A DNA stretch of 64,000 nt, taken from contig MEYH01000022.1 of NCBI GenBank assembly GCA_001773955.1, positions 3,606 through 67,605 of the forward strand, read 5' to 3'. Source of the DNA: Candidatus Sediminicultor quintus. GTDB lineage: Bacteria > Atribacterota > Phoenicimicrobiia > Phoenicimicrobiales > Phoenicimicrobiaceae. The notes below the pieces were generated by a model, which made no database searches, was not told the DNA's origin, and saw only the letters and a program-made list of their open reading frames with translations. This document shows positions 41,688 through 51,854 of this stretch, piece by piece (the first letter of the stretch is position 1; every line of letters begins with the position of its first letter). The translations under genes were made by a program, and so were the position numbers.

Positions 41688-42986
41688 TTATGAATTTCTT
41701 ATCTCTATCGAACGGGCATGAGCCTCCAGACCTTCTAACCTGGCTAAACTTACTATTTTTTGGCTATCCTGTCCCAATTTTTCTTTATCATAAAAAATTA
41801 TACTACTCATTTTAGTAAAGTTATTTACCGATAAGGGCGAAAAACATCTTGCTCCGCCGGAAGTAGGTATAATATGGTTGGGCCCTGCCCAATAATCCCC
41901 TAATGGTTCGGGAGCAAATGCTCCCATAAATATTGCCCCGGCATTTTTTATTCCTCCCAACATTTCCCAGGGATTTTCTATCTGTAACTCTAAATGTTCG
42001 GGAGCAAAACAATTGATAAATTTTAAAATCATCGTTACGTCTTCGGCAATTATTAACTTCCCATTTTTTTCTAAAGATTCCTGAATGATTTCTTTTCTCA
42101 CTGAATTTTTTAATTCACCTTCAATTTCCTTTTTTACTTTTTCAACTAATAATGCGGAAGTGGTAATTAAAATTGCCGAAGCCTTTGCATCATGTTCAGC
42201 TTGAGAGAGCAAATCACATGCTAAATATCGGGGGTTAGCCTTTTCATCAGCCCAGATAAGGATTTCACTCGGCCCCGCCAACATGTCTATATCCACTTCT
42301 CCAAATACCATCTTTTTTGACAGGGTTACATAGATGTTTCCCGGACCCACAATTTTATCCACTTTTTTTATTGTTTCTGTTCCGTAAGCCAAAGCAGCTA
42401 TAGCTTGAGCTCCACCTACCTTGTAGATTTCCGTTATGCCCAATTCCCGGGCGGTGGATAATAAATAAGGGTTGATTTTACCTTCGGAAGAGGGAGGGGT
42501 TACTACAATAATCTCTTTAACCCCCGCAATCATTGCCGGTATTGCTGCCATAATAAGAGACGAAGGATAAACAGCCTGTCCCCCCGGAACATACAGTCCA
42601 ACTCTTTCTATGGGATTCACCAACTGTCCTAAAATGATCCCTTTTTCTTCAGTGGTAACCCAGGAATTTTTTTTCTGATGTAAATGATATTTTTCAATTT
42701 TCTTTATTGCCTCTTTTATTATTTCTAATAAATCTGCACTTACTTCCTGGTCGGCACTATCATATTCTTCTTTGCCTATCAGCATTTCGGAAGGACTTAG
42801 CTTGACACCATCATACTTTTCAGTATATTCAAGAAGGGCTTTATCTCCTTCCTTTTTCACCCTGGATATAATTTCACTAACCTTCTTTTCAATATCATGA
42901 ATTAAGCTGTCTTCGGAAAACCTCTGTCGGCAGATCTGTTCTATTTTTTCTTCGTTTTCCTTGTTTAAAAAAATAGTTTTTATCAC
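41688..42986 (-). CDS. hisD: Histidinol dehydrogenase HisD
   Basis: 432 aa with HisD motifs. Confidence 0.9.
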   Translation of the reverse strand: MIKTIFLNKENEEKIEQICRQRFSEDSLIHDIEKKVSEIISRVKKEGDKALLEYTEKYDGVKLSPSEMLIGKEEYDSADQEVSADLLEIIKEAIKKIEKYHLHQKKNSWVTTEEKGIILGQLVNPIERVGLYVPGGQAVYPSSLIMAAIPAMIAGVKEIIVVTPPSSEGKINPYLLSTARELGITEIYKVGGAQAIAALAYGTETIKKVDKIVGPGNIYVTLSKKMVFGEVDIDMLAGPSEILIWADEKANPRYLACDLLSQAEHDAKASAILITTSALLVEKVKKEIEGELKNSVRKEIIQESLEKNGKLIIAEDVTMILKFINCFAPEHLELQIENPWEMLGGIKNAGAIFMGAFAPEPLGDYWAGPNHIIPTSGGARCFSPLSVNNFTKMSSIIFYDKEKLGQDSQKIVSLARLEGLEAHARSIEIRNS

Positions 42987-43074
42987 CTCTAACCAATCCC
43001 TTCTTCAATATTATTTCAATTATTCTTAACACTTTATTTTGACCAGAAGTTTTTAAGTATTTATTCAGCTTGCA

Positions 43075-43758
43075 CTATTCTGCAATTTTACCTGACTCTA
43101 AAGATACAAATTTTTTAATATCCTGTATAAGCCGGGTAATTCTTTCATGTTTAGTCTTATAGCTGATCCTATTAACAATAAGCTGGGCGCTCAAGGGGAT
43201 TATCTCTTCAATTATGGTTAGCTTATTTTCTTTTAGAGTACCCCCGGTAGAAACTATATCGACAATCATATCTGCCAAACCTACCTGGGGAGCTAATTCT
43301 ACCGACCCATAGAGCTTAATTAATTCTACATATATCCCTTTTTCTTTAAAATAATCCCCGGCAATGTGGGGATATTTAGTAGCAACTCTTAATCGATGCC
43401 CGTTATTTTTACAACACTTTTCTTGCTCTCTTCCCTCCGGAGCGGCTAATACCATCTTGCATTTTCCGAATTTTAAATCTATCAACCTATATACATCTTT
43501 TTTTTCTTCTAATAATACATCCTCCCCTACAATCCCGATATCTGCCGCCCCGCATTCGACATAGGTGGGATTATCTTTAGGCCTGGTAATAACAAATTTA
43601 ATCTCCTCTCCCTGGTCAAAAAATGTCAACTTCCTGCTTATCTCTTTCCCACCTTTTAAATCTATTCCTATCCCTTCAAATAATTGGATAGAAGGTTTAA
43701 GTAATATTCCACTGGGCAAAGCAATGACTAAATAATTGGTATTGTTTTCTATACTCAT
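43075..43758 (-). CDS. hisG: ATP phosphoribosyltransferase, short form (HisG-S)
   Basis: 227-aa short HisG lacking the C-terminal regulatory domain, paired with hisZ. Confidence 0.85.
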   Translation of the reverse strand: MSIENNTNYLVIALPSGILLKPSIQLFEGIGIDLKGGKEISRKLTFFDQGEEIKFVITRPKDNPTYVECGAADIGIVGEDVLLEEKKDVYRLIDLKFGKCKMVLAAPEGREQEKCCKNNGHRLRVATKYPHIAGDYFKEKGIYVELIKLYGSVELAPQVGLADMIVDIVSTGGTLKENKLTIIEEIIPLSAQLIVNRISYKTKHERITRLIQDIKKFVSLESGKIAE

Positions 43759-44993
43759 AAGTTTATCATTTCCTTTTTTCCTGATATGACTTCTATTCTG
43801 TTTATTTTGTCTGATTGATGGTCAGCTATAATGAGAATATATTTTATCCCTTTAAGACGGGCATAGCTTAACACCTTATCATATTTTCTTTTGCCTATCT
43901 CTAACTCTACAATCAATCCTTTCTTTCTTAGTTTTTCAGCTGTTATCAGGGCATTTTTAAAATAGGTTGTATTGTTCTGATAATACACTAAATATTTATT
44001 CAGCCTCCCTAACTTTAATGAATTTGCATCTTCTTTTTCCAAAGTAGTAGCTAACCTTTCTATGCCGATAGCAAATCCGGTGGAGGGTAAGTCCTCCCCA
44101 AATTTTGAACATAGATTATCATATCTTCCCCCGCCGCATATCGGAAATCCCATATAATCGGTATAGCCTTCGAATATAATGCCGGTATAATAATCAAAAT
44201 CACGTATGATCCCCAAATCTATTAAAATATATTCTTCCAATCCGTAATCTCTTAACAGATGATAAACCTCTTTTATCTCTTTTAAAGCAGCTGCCGATAG
44301 TTGGTTGTCTATTATCTTCTCCGCCTCTTCTAACACCTCTTCTTTTCCTCTTAAGGTGGGCATTTTCAAAATATATTCTTTTTCTTTAGCCTTTATATCT
44401 TCAATAGATAATATCTTTTCCAGTAATACAAAATTTTTATTTAGAATTACATCTTTTATTTCTTGTTTTCTTTCCTCTTTAACTTTTATCGATTGCATAA
44501 TTCCATTAAATAAATTGATATGACCTATGTCTATAAAAAATTTCCTAAGCCCACTATTCTTCAAACTCTCCACCGCTAAAGCAATAACCTCTGCATCCGC
44601 CTCTTTGCTATTTACTCCTATTAGCTCTACCCCTGCCTGGCAAAACTCTCTTTGGTTTCCCACTTTATCATCATACCTAAATACATTCCCTATGTAATAC
44701 AATCTCGATGGTTTTGGCTCTAGTTGCATTTTAGTCGAAGCTACTCTGGCAATAGAAGTAGTTATCTCAGGGCGAAAAGCAATAATATTTCCTTCTCGGT
44801 CAAAAAACTTAATCATTTCCTTTTTCATAATTGACCCTGCACCCTTTGCCAGTATTTCATAAAATTCAAAAGTAGGAGTAATGATCTCTTGGTAACCCCA
44901 TTGGGTAAAAATCTTACTTATTCTATTTTCCAATAATCTCCTCTTTAAAACTTCTCCTGGCAACAAATCATTTAAACCTTTAGGAATATTCAT
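43755..44993 (-). CDS. hisZ: ATP phosphoribosyltransferase regulatory subunit HisZ (HisS paralog)
   Basis: Class II aaRS-like catalytic core without an anticodon-binding domain, immediately upstream of short hisG. Confidence 0.8.
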   Translation of the reverse strand: MNIPKGLNDLLPGEVLKRRLLENRISKIFTQWGYQEIITPTFEFYEILAKGAGSIMKKEMIKFFDREGNIIAFRPEITTSIARVASTKMQLEPKPSRLYYIGNVFRYDDKVGNQREFCQAGVELIGVNSKEADAEVIALAVESLKNSGLRKFFIDIGHINLFNGIMQSIKVKEERKQEIKDVILNKNFVLLEKILSIEDIKAKEKEYILKMPTLRGKEEVLEEAEKIIDNQLSAAALKEIKEVYHLLRDYGLEEYILIDLGIIRDFDYYTGIIFEGYTDYMGFPICGGGRYDNLCSKFGEDLPSTGFAIGIERLATTLEKEDANSLKLGRLNKYLVYYQNNTTYFKNALITAEKLRKKGLIVELEIGKRKYDKVLSYARLKGIKYILIIADHQSDKINRIEVISGKKEMINL

Positions 44994-45084
44994 CTACCAT
45001 ACCTCATCCTTAACCCTTGTTTTTTTCTAAATTTAATTTTCATTCTTTAATACGTTAAAGTATTAACGAGTAAAATTTAGAGAA

Positions 45085-45113
45085 ATATTAACATTGTTTT
45101 AGAATTTTGTCAA
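45085..45113 (-). promoter_or_regulatory. Candidate sigma-70 promoter of the his operon
   Basis: Minus strand TTGACA-N17-TAATAT, about 95 nt upstream of the hisZ start. Confidence 0.4.
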
Positions 45114-45259
45114 ATTTTTTACTTTACTCTTTTTGTATTGAAAAAAATAATGTAGCTTTTATTGAATACTAGTCATTAATGCAAAAATAGCAATAAATTG
45201 GAAAATTGAGGAGCAGAAAATCATTTTAAAATAAGGGTTTTAGGGGTAAGGGTAAATAG

Positions 45260-46204
45260 CTAATTATTTACTCGAGAGAATATTCTTCGAATACAGAATT
45301 CCATCCATTCTGAATGCATTTTCTTTTGACCAAAATCCCAATCTTTCCAATACCTGTATTCAGATTCAGGTCTGCATATATTCCCATGATCAGTTTTATC
45401 TCTGATTATTTTAATCATATCCTCCAAAGACGTATTCATTTTAGTGTTTGTTGCCTGGCTAAGTACATCTGCAACATGCAAGATATCATACCAAATGAAG
45501 GGGAGTTTCAACTTACGGAAATCAGTTCCCATATAAAAGATATAGGGATGATCATTTAAGCTATTTTCCCAAAGTGAATTTAAGCTATTACATCCAACAG
45601 CTATTTCTTTTTTATATTCATCTTTATACAATAATAGTAATTTTATCATGATCAAAGTAGCATAAGGGCAAGGATCATTTTTCTTCCCCGGTCCGTGCCA
45701 CGTTCCGAGTTCTTTTGCCACACTGCAGCCCCAACCATTTTCTCTTACCTGATTGACCAAAATGCTGACAGCTTTATCGATGGTATTGTTTTTATAACCC
45801 ATCTTAATCAATCCATAGAGTACAGTGGGAGCATCACACAATGCCCAAGCCCATGTATCTTTCCCGTAACCACCATATGATGTACCAATATTCATTGGCA
45901 ATTGAGGGATACCGTGTTCGTCTCTGTGTTCTAATATTTTCTCTATAATAAAATATATTTCATTATCATTAATTGATAGACCAATATCTGCAAGGAAAGC
46001 AAGCTGATGAAAAGATTGTTGAGCACTTTTATGGCTACTAAGCACTTTACCTGGCCAATTCTTTAACTCAGAAATTAATTTCATGATTCTTTCATCCTCA
46101 AACATTTTTTGTTTTAATGAAGTATCATTTTCTTTATTGAAATAAAGTTTAGCATTATATGAAACAAAGGCTTGAGGTGAATTTATTAATGTATCTATAC
46201 TCAT
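45260..46204 (-). CDS. Hypothetical protein, possibly an alpha/alpha-toroid-like enzyme
   Basis: 314-aa ORF with motifs such as GWGCSVAKELGTWHGPG; no confident family assignment. Confidence 0.35.
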   Translation of the reverse strand: MSIDTLINSPQAFVSYNAKLYFNKENDTSLKQKMFEDERIMKLISELKNWPGKVLSSHKSAQQSFHQLAFLADIGLSINDNEIYFIIEKILEHRDEHGIPQLPMNIGTSYGGYGKDTWAWALCDAPTVLYGLIKMGYKNNTIDKAVSILVNQVRENGWGCSVAKELGTWHGPGKKNDPCPYATLIMIKLLLLYKDEYKKEIAVGCNSLNSLWENSLNDHPYIFYMGTDFRKLKLPFIWYDILHVADVLSQATNTKMNTSLEDMIKIIRDKTDHGNICRPESEYRYWKDWDFGQKKMHSEWMEFCIRRIFSRVNN

Positions 46205-46356
46205 ATTATTTCTTTCCGGAAACCTCTTTCAAAATCCCATTTTTAATAAACTTGGTTAATATATTATAGATGGTTTGATAACTCCTGTTTTTAAGCCGTT
46301 TTTTAATACTGACAAAAGAAACTAAAGTGTCAATCATTTATTTAAAAACGAGAATT

Positions 46357-46550
46357 TATGGGGTCAGGTCTTGCAATATCACTTTTCATCTTCCCGCTCA
46401 ATTTCTTTAAGCCCTTTGCTTACCGTAGTATAATGCAGGTAAATATACTGCTATATCTTCTAAGGTATAGCCATGGTGTCTCCCTCAATTTTTTTTACCT
46501 CTTATCAAGAGTTTTATCTTATCTGTTATATTGCAAGACCTGACCCCATA
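46357..46550. mobile_element. MITE-like element with 22-bp perfect terminal inverted repeats
   Basis: Left end TATGGGGTCAGGTCTTGCAATAT (46357-46379) is the exact inverse complement of the right end ATATTGCAAGACCTGACCCCATA (46528-46550). About 150 bp of non-coding AT-rich filler lies between them. Confidence 0.6.
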
Positions 46551-46563
46551 ATTTTCTTTAAAA

Positions 46564-46600
46564 AGGTGGCTAAGTTCATAGGGTATGGCCACCTTTTTTC
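46564..46600 (-). terminator. Bidirectional rho-independent terminator downstream of dctQ
   Basis: Stem GGTGGC…GCCACC flanked by T-runs on both strands. Confidence 0.55.
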
Positions 46601-46630
46601 TTTATTTTTATATCTTTGCTAGCTCTTCAA

Positions 46631-47101
46631 TTATTCTTCCTTTGAGAGTATTATATTTACGAGTCTGTATGTCATAAATATTACAGAAAAAAATGCAAAT
46701 ACGGGAAGAGCCATAAAAGCATAGCCCGTGGGTATCCCAAGGACTGTGAAATCGATACTCATCTTCATTATACCGGTTTTCCACCCTGAAAAAATAAGGT
46801 TAATAAAGAAAACTATTATAATGAAGGTCAGAACGATCTCCAGTACTTTTTTGACATTTTGGGGAAACTTGTTTCTTATAATTTCTATAGTTAAATGAAT
46901 TTTTTTATAAATGGCGACAGACATGCTGAGTGCCAGCATCCATGCGATTGATATATTGCTTGCATCAGTCACCCATAAAAGCGTAAAATCTAAAAAAGTC
47001 CTGCATATAATTCCGGCTACATTGATGCTGAAAATAAATATAAACAAAATTCCTGATATTGTTAGTAACATATTAGATAAAATATCCAAAGCTTTTTTCA
47101 T
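46631..47101 (-). CDS. dctQ: TRAP transporter small permease DctQ
   Basis: 156 aa with 4 TM helices, adjacent to dctM. Confidence 0.75.
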   Translation of the reverse strand: MKKALDILSNMLLTISGILFIFIFSINVAGIICRTFLDFTLLWVTDASNISIAWMLALSMSVAIYKKIHLTIEIIRNKFPQNVKKVLEIVLTFIIIVFFINLIFSGWKTGIMKMSIDFTVLGIPTGYAFMALPVFAFFSVIFMTYRLVNIILSKEE

Positions 47102-47113
47102 TTCACTAGCCTC

Positions 47114-48394
47114 CTAAAATAACAGGTTGGGTATAAAAGTGACTGTTGCTGGAATAAGTATCATTAAAACTACAACTGCAAACAGCACCAAAATAAATGG
47201 TACAAGTTCCTTTATCAGTCTATCAACTGGTACATTGGCGATTTTTGCCTCCAAATAGAGTAGTCCACCAACTGGTGGTGTTAGCAAACCTATCATAAGA
47301 TTGACGACAATAAGTACGCCAAAGAAAATAGGATCTATACCCAGTGCTATTGCTATAGGAAAAAGCACTGGCACAAAGATAATCATCGCAGCTATTGCGT
47401 CTATTATCATTCCTAGAAAAACAAACAACAAGTTTACAAAGATTAGGAACATGAGGGGTGACATATTCATAGAAAGAACAAATGCCCCCATTTGTTTGCC
47501 TAGCCCTTCTACGGCAATAAACCATGAAAAAATACCAACTACAGAAAACAGTGCCATAATCGAAGATGAAAATAAGACTGAATTTTTAAATATATTCAAA
47601 ATGTCCTTTATGGCTATTGTCTTGTAGACAAATATACCAATGATAAGAACATATGCTGTCGCAAGTATTGCAACCTCAGTAATAGTAACAAGACCTGTAA
47701 TAATACCAAGGATGATGACAATGGGAGCAATGAGTGCCCAAAAGGAATCCTTGAGTATCCCCAAAAAGATTTTAAATGAGTGTTCTTGTTCGTATATCTC
47801 CAGATTCATTTTTTTAACCTTCAAGTAACAAACCAACATAAGACCACCACCCATTAAAAATCCCGGGATGACACCTCCCAAGAAAAGACGTCCTACAGAC
47901 AGGTTTGTTAGAAGTCCAATGAACACCATTGGTATGCTGGGTGGAATAATAGGCCCGATTGTAGCCGCAGCTGCGTTGATAGCTGCTGAAAAATCCTCTG
48001 GATATCCTTCTTTTTTCATAACCGGCAACAAAACTGACGAAACTGCACTGCAGTCAGCAGGTGCTGAACCGGACACTCCGGCTGCTATAATATTAGTAAT
48101 AACGCAGGTGTAGGAAAGACCACCCTTCCATCCTCCAATAAAAAAACGGGAGAATCTTATAACTCTCCACGTCATCCCAGAAACATTCATCAACTCCCCA
48201 GCCAGTATAAAAAAAGGAATAGCCATCAATGAATAGGTTGTTATGCCGTTTATCATGCTTGTTGCTATAAGTGTAAGCGGCGCATTTCCGGTCATAAGTA
48301 GGTAGGCAGCCGCTGCGATACCCATGGACAAAAATATTTCTACACCAAGTAACATCAGTAAAAACATGATTCCAAACAACATTAGCATAAACAT
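47114..48394 (-). CDS. dctM: TRAP transporter large permease DctM
   Basis: 426 aa with about 12 TM helices and DctM family composition. Confidence 0.85.
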   Translation of the reverse strand: MFMLMLFGIMFLLMLLGVEIFLSMGIAAAAYLLMTGNAPLTLIATSMINGITTYSLMAIPFFILAGELMNVSGMTWRVIRFSRFFIGGWKGGLSYTCVITNIIAAGVSGSAPADCSAVSSVLLPVMKKEGYPEDFSAAINAAAATIGPIIPPSIPMVFIGLLTNLSVGRLFLGGVIPGFLMGGGLMLVCYLKVKKMNLEIYEQEHSFKIFLGILKDSFWALIAPIVIILGIITGLVTITEVAILATAYVLIIGIFVYKTIAIKDILNIFKNSVLFSSSIMALFSVVGIFSWFIAVEGLGKQMGAFVLSMNMSPLMFLIFVNLLFVFLGMIIDAIAAMIIFVPVLFPIAIALGIDPIFFGVLIVVNLMIGLLTPPVGGLLYLEAKIANVPVDRLIKELVPFILVLFAVVVLMILIPATVTFIPNLLF

Positions 48395-48454
48395 GTGTTT
48401 TCCTCCATAAAATAGACTTATAGTAAACTTTTTCTTATCAAATCTGATTTCGGA

Positions 48455-49648
48455 TCAGTTTTTCTCGAATGTTACTTCCCCACCAACTATTACGGTTGAA
48501 ATATTAATATCATCGTCGAATATAATTATATCCGCATCTTTGCCTATAGATAATGAACCCTTGGTGGAAAACCTGCCAATATTTTTAGCCGGTGTAGCCG
48601 ACATCATCTTAACCGCCTGGTATAACGGCACATCTGCTAATTTTATCATAGTCCTCACTAACCTATCGGTCGTGGCGACACTTCCTGCGAAAGCCGATCT
48701 GTCTGGAAGTTTTGCCACATCATCTTCAATGATGATATTCGATCCGCTCGTTTGGCTATATCTTTCTCCTTTGACGTCTTTTAGACCCGCTACGTCTATA
48801 GCGTCGGTCACAAGGCATATCCTGTCGGGGCCCTTGATCTTATATATCAATTTTAAAAGGCTTGCAGGCAAATGTTTACCGTCGGCAATAATCTCTACCG
48901 TCATATCGTCAATCAAATATGCCGCTTCTATTATTCCAGCGTATCTATAAGCATTTATTCGCCGAACGGTCGAAGTACAGGAATAGAGGTGTGTAACAGT
49001 TGTAAAGCCACACTCATATGCCTTTATTGTTTCATCAAAGAGGGCGTCCGAATGGCCTATGGACAGGCGAATTCCACGCTTTGTAAGTTCCTTTGCCATT
49101 TCAAGTGCGCCGGGAAGCTCTGGTGCCAATGACCATCGCAAAATATTGTCGAAGCTCGCAACAATATTCATGTATTCCTCTTTAATAGGATTTCTCACCT
49201 GTTCTGCTGCCTGAGCTCCCTTTTGACTCATAGCAAAGTATGGTCCTTCAAGATGTACTCCCAGAATTTCAGGGCTCTTAGTCATCTTTGAGGTGGCTTC
49301 CCTTATATTCTCTATGCTCTCTCTTGTAAGCTCGTTACTCGCAGATGATACGGTAGCCACCATAGAGGTTGTACCATGACTCATATGCACTTTACTACAT
49401 GAAATCACATCATCAACACTGCTGCCCAGAAAGGCATATCCACCTCCACCGTGAACATGAATATCCAAAAAGCCCGGAGAAATATATTTACCTCCTGCAT
49501 CAATAACCGTCTCGTCCGGCTCTGGAAGCCTTCCTATTCCTTCATATACACCGGTGATTACCCCGTCACACAAAGAAACGCTTCCTTCGGGGATAATTCT
49601 TTCAAGTGCGATAATCTTTCCATTGGTTATTAGCTTTTTGTTCGTCAT
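48455..49648 (-). CDS. nagA: N-acetylglucosamine-6-phosphate deacetylase (amidohydrolase family)
   Basis: LDIHVHGGGGY metal-binding motif and an amidohydrolase fold. Confidence 0.8.
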   Translation of the reverse strand: MTNKKLITNGKIIALERIIPEGSVSLCDGVITGVYEGIGRLPEPDETVIDAGGKYISPGFLDIHVHGGGGYAFLGSSVDDVISCSKVHMSHGTTSMVATVSSASNELTRESIENIREATSKMTKSPEILGVHLEGPYFAMSQKGAQAAEQVRNPIKEEYMNIVASFDNILRWSLAPELPGALEMAKELTKRGIRLSIGHSDALFDETIKAYECGFTTVTHLYSCTSTVRRINAYRYAGIIEAAYLIDDMTVEIIADGKHLPASLLKLIYKIKGPDRICLVTDAIDVAGLKDVKGERYSQTSGSNIIIEDDVAKLPDRSAFAGSVATTDRLVRTMIKLADVPLYQAVKMMSATPAKNIGRFSTKGSLSIGKDADIIIFDDDINISTVIVGGEVTFEKN

Positions 49649-49651
49649 ATT

Positions 49652-50428
49652 TCACCCCCTGTAAAGTAATTTTGCAGAATCCTGGTCTAGGTATAAACTA
49701 GCAGCCCGGTGTAACCTTAAAACAGATGCGGGACACCTTTCACTGATTTCTCCATACAGCATGTTTCTGACCGCCTCAGCCTTTGTCGAGCCAGGCACCA
49801 TACAGACAATATAATTGGCGGCCACAATAGCGGGAACTGTCAGAGTCAACGCATCTTTTGGTACCAGGGTTATATGGGAAAAGCATCCGTCATTTACCTG
49901 CTGCCTGCGGGATCTTTCATCCAATGCAACTATTTTAACCAGTTTATTCTCATGAAAATTGGCAACGTGGGGATCATTGAAGGCCAAATGTCCGTTTTCT
50001 CCTATACCTGTACAAGCGATATCCAGAGGATGTTTTTTTAACAGTTCACCATACCTTTGACACTCTTGTTCCGGCTCTTTACTGTTTCCTTCGATATAAT
50101 TCACAGATTTAAAGGGCACAGAGCCGAAAATCCTTTCTTTAAGAAAATTACCAAAACGTTGAGGTGCGTTATAATCAAGACCAATGTATTCATCCATGTG
50201 AAAAGCATTTATGCGCTGCCATGGAATATCTTCGTAGGCTGTTAGAGCCTCTAAAAACTCATTTTGAGACGGAGCGGCTGCAAACAGCAAATTTATTTCT
50301 TCCCTCGTCTTAAAAAGTTCATTGATCTTATCGTATACTGCTTTAGCCGATAGATGCCCTAATTCGGTTCGGTCATCGCATATATACACGGATAAAGCGT
50401 CTGTCATAAACCTATCTTTCATCACCAT
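49652..50428 (-). CDS. nagB: Glucosamine-6-phosphate deaminase / NagB family isomerase
   Basis: Start set at MVMKDRF after an AAGGAG RBS; HMDEYIGL region typical of NagB/6-PGL. Confidence 0.7.
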   Translation of the reverse strand: MVMKDRFMTDALSVYICDDRTELGHLSAKAVYDKINELFKTREEINLLFAAAPSQNEFLEALTAYEDIPWQRINAFHMDEYIGLDYNAPQRFGNFLKERIFGSVPFKSVNYIEGNSKEPEQECQRYGELLKKHPLDIACTGIGENGHLAFNDPHVANFHENKLVKIVALDERSRRQQVNDGCFSHITLVPKDALTLTVPAIVAANYIVCMVPGSTKAEAVRNMLYGEISERCPASVLRLHRAASLYLDQDSAKLLYRG

Positions 50429-50566
50429 TTTACTCCTTGTGTTATATTCACTATATAAATAAATCATATTTTTGAACATAATCCGGTTATATATTTTTAT
50501 TAAGTCTCCAATTTGGCTATTTAAGAACAGACAAGACTCATACCCGGGCAGTAGATATACTAGATA

Positions 50567-51328
50567 TTAAAACAGCAAAATTGCTTTTCCTGTGTATTTT
50601 TCCATCATATCCTTATTATATTCATCGCCACCGGGAAGATTGCCGCTTCTAAGCACTGGAGGAGTATAACCCTTGGAAACTAAATATTTACAAGTCTCCA
50701 ATACTAAATAGTTGGCAGTAAAACAGTTACAAAAGGTAGAAGTTGGCCCTACGTTCTGTTCACATCCTTCGACTGATAGAATGGCGTCTCCGTAAGGAAG
50801 GTGGTTGTTTATGAATACATCCACCGACTGATACAAATTGGCTCCACTGGGATGTCTTGAAGGATGGTCCTTAGGCAGTTTATCGGCAAAAGAGGTAGAG
50901 GTAATTGCGATTGATGTTACACCACGTTTTTTCGCCTCATTGGCACAGTCTATGGTCATACAATTAACACCATATGCATTTATTATAATTAAAACTTCGC
51001 CGGGAGTTTTACCTACACGATAGGCATTCAGTACTGGAATGGCATAACCGGGAACTCTTTCAACGCCCATGGACCGAGGTCCACCATGACTCAAGTTAGT
51101 GCCGGGGTCCAGGATTGCATTGATACAGGCAAAGCCGCCCGCTCTTGAAAACATCTCTTCAACTCCCATATTTGAATGACCACCAGGGCCTATAACGTGG
51201 ATGACTTGATCCCTCATAATTGAATCGCCGACCAAAGCTGCCGCTTTTTTAACAGACTCCTCTTCACTTGATATTTCATCGAGGAGAGATTTAATTATAT
51301 TGGCATATTGCATAGCTTCTTTACTCAT
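50567..51328 (-). CDS. SIS-domain phosphosugar isomerase-like protein
   Basis: 253 aa with a SIS-type nucleotide-sugar binding pattern (VIHVIGPGGHS…). Confidence 0.55.
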   Translation of the reverse strand: MSKEAMQYANIIKSLLDEISSEEESVKKAAALVGDSIMRDQVIHVIGPGGHSNMGVEEMFSRAGGFACINAILDPGTNLSHGGPRSMGVERVPGYAIPVLNAYRVGKTPGEVLIIINAYGVNCMTIDCANEAKKRGVTSIAITSTSFADKLPKDHPSRHPSGANLYQSVDVFINNHLPYGDAILSVEGCEQNVGPTSTFCNCFTANYLVLETCKYLVSKGYTPPVLRSGNLPGGDEYNKDMMEKYTGKAILLF

Positions 51329-51352
51329 TATTCAAAACTCCTTTTTGTTAAA

Positions 51353-51685
51353 TTACACAGCTGCATGAAAAAAGAACAGCTTTATGCAGCTGCATGACGT
51401 ATCTTTTTTAATAGAATGATTGGTTCCTGGCGGTACAATAAAACAAACGCCTGGTTCCAGATAAAACTCCTTGTCCCCGACCATAGCACTTCCGCTGCCG
51501 GAAAGCACAAAAAAACCCTCCTGGTCATCATGAACTCCATTCTGCCTATATTCTTCCTGTGTATAAATAAGTACCCCTGTCCTGCATCCCGCAAGGCAAC
51601 CGTTTTTCTTTCCAAGCATTTCCTTAAAAGAATAATCCTTATATCTAACCGGAGTGACATCTTTTTCATTAATAAATATTTTCAT
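51353..51685 (-). CDS. Cupin domain protein
   Basis: Small beta-barrel with a GTNHSI motif; start trimmed to MKIFINEKD. Confidence 0.45.
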   Translation of the reverse strand: MKIFINEKDVTPVRYKDYSFKEMLGKKNGCLAGCRTGVLIYTQEEYRQNGVHDDQEGFFVLSGSGSAMVGDKEFYLEPGVCFIVPPGTNHSIKKDTSCSCIKLFFFHAAV

Positions 51686-51854
51686 AAATGCCTCACAAAC
51701 CAAAACATACAGCAGCGAGAACCAGTCAAAATACCAGACCATTAATTACACTTCCAAGGATTTGAGGGGGGGACTCACTTGCATCGTTTTCTCTATATTC
51801 CCCTGGTGAGATCCCCCCTAACCGCTACATCTACCTATTTAATAATGCAAATAA

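Noticed and set aside
44994-45259. Looked for a T-box or His-leader attenuator upstream of hisZ
   Set aside because: The leader is only about 95 nt after a TTGACA-N17-TAATAT promoter. It has no specifier or T-box (AGGGUGGNACCGCG) elements and no His-codon-rich leader peptide, so no riboswitch or attenuator is called.
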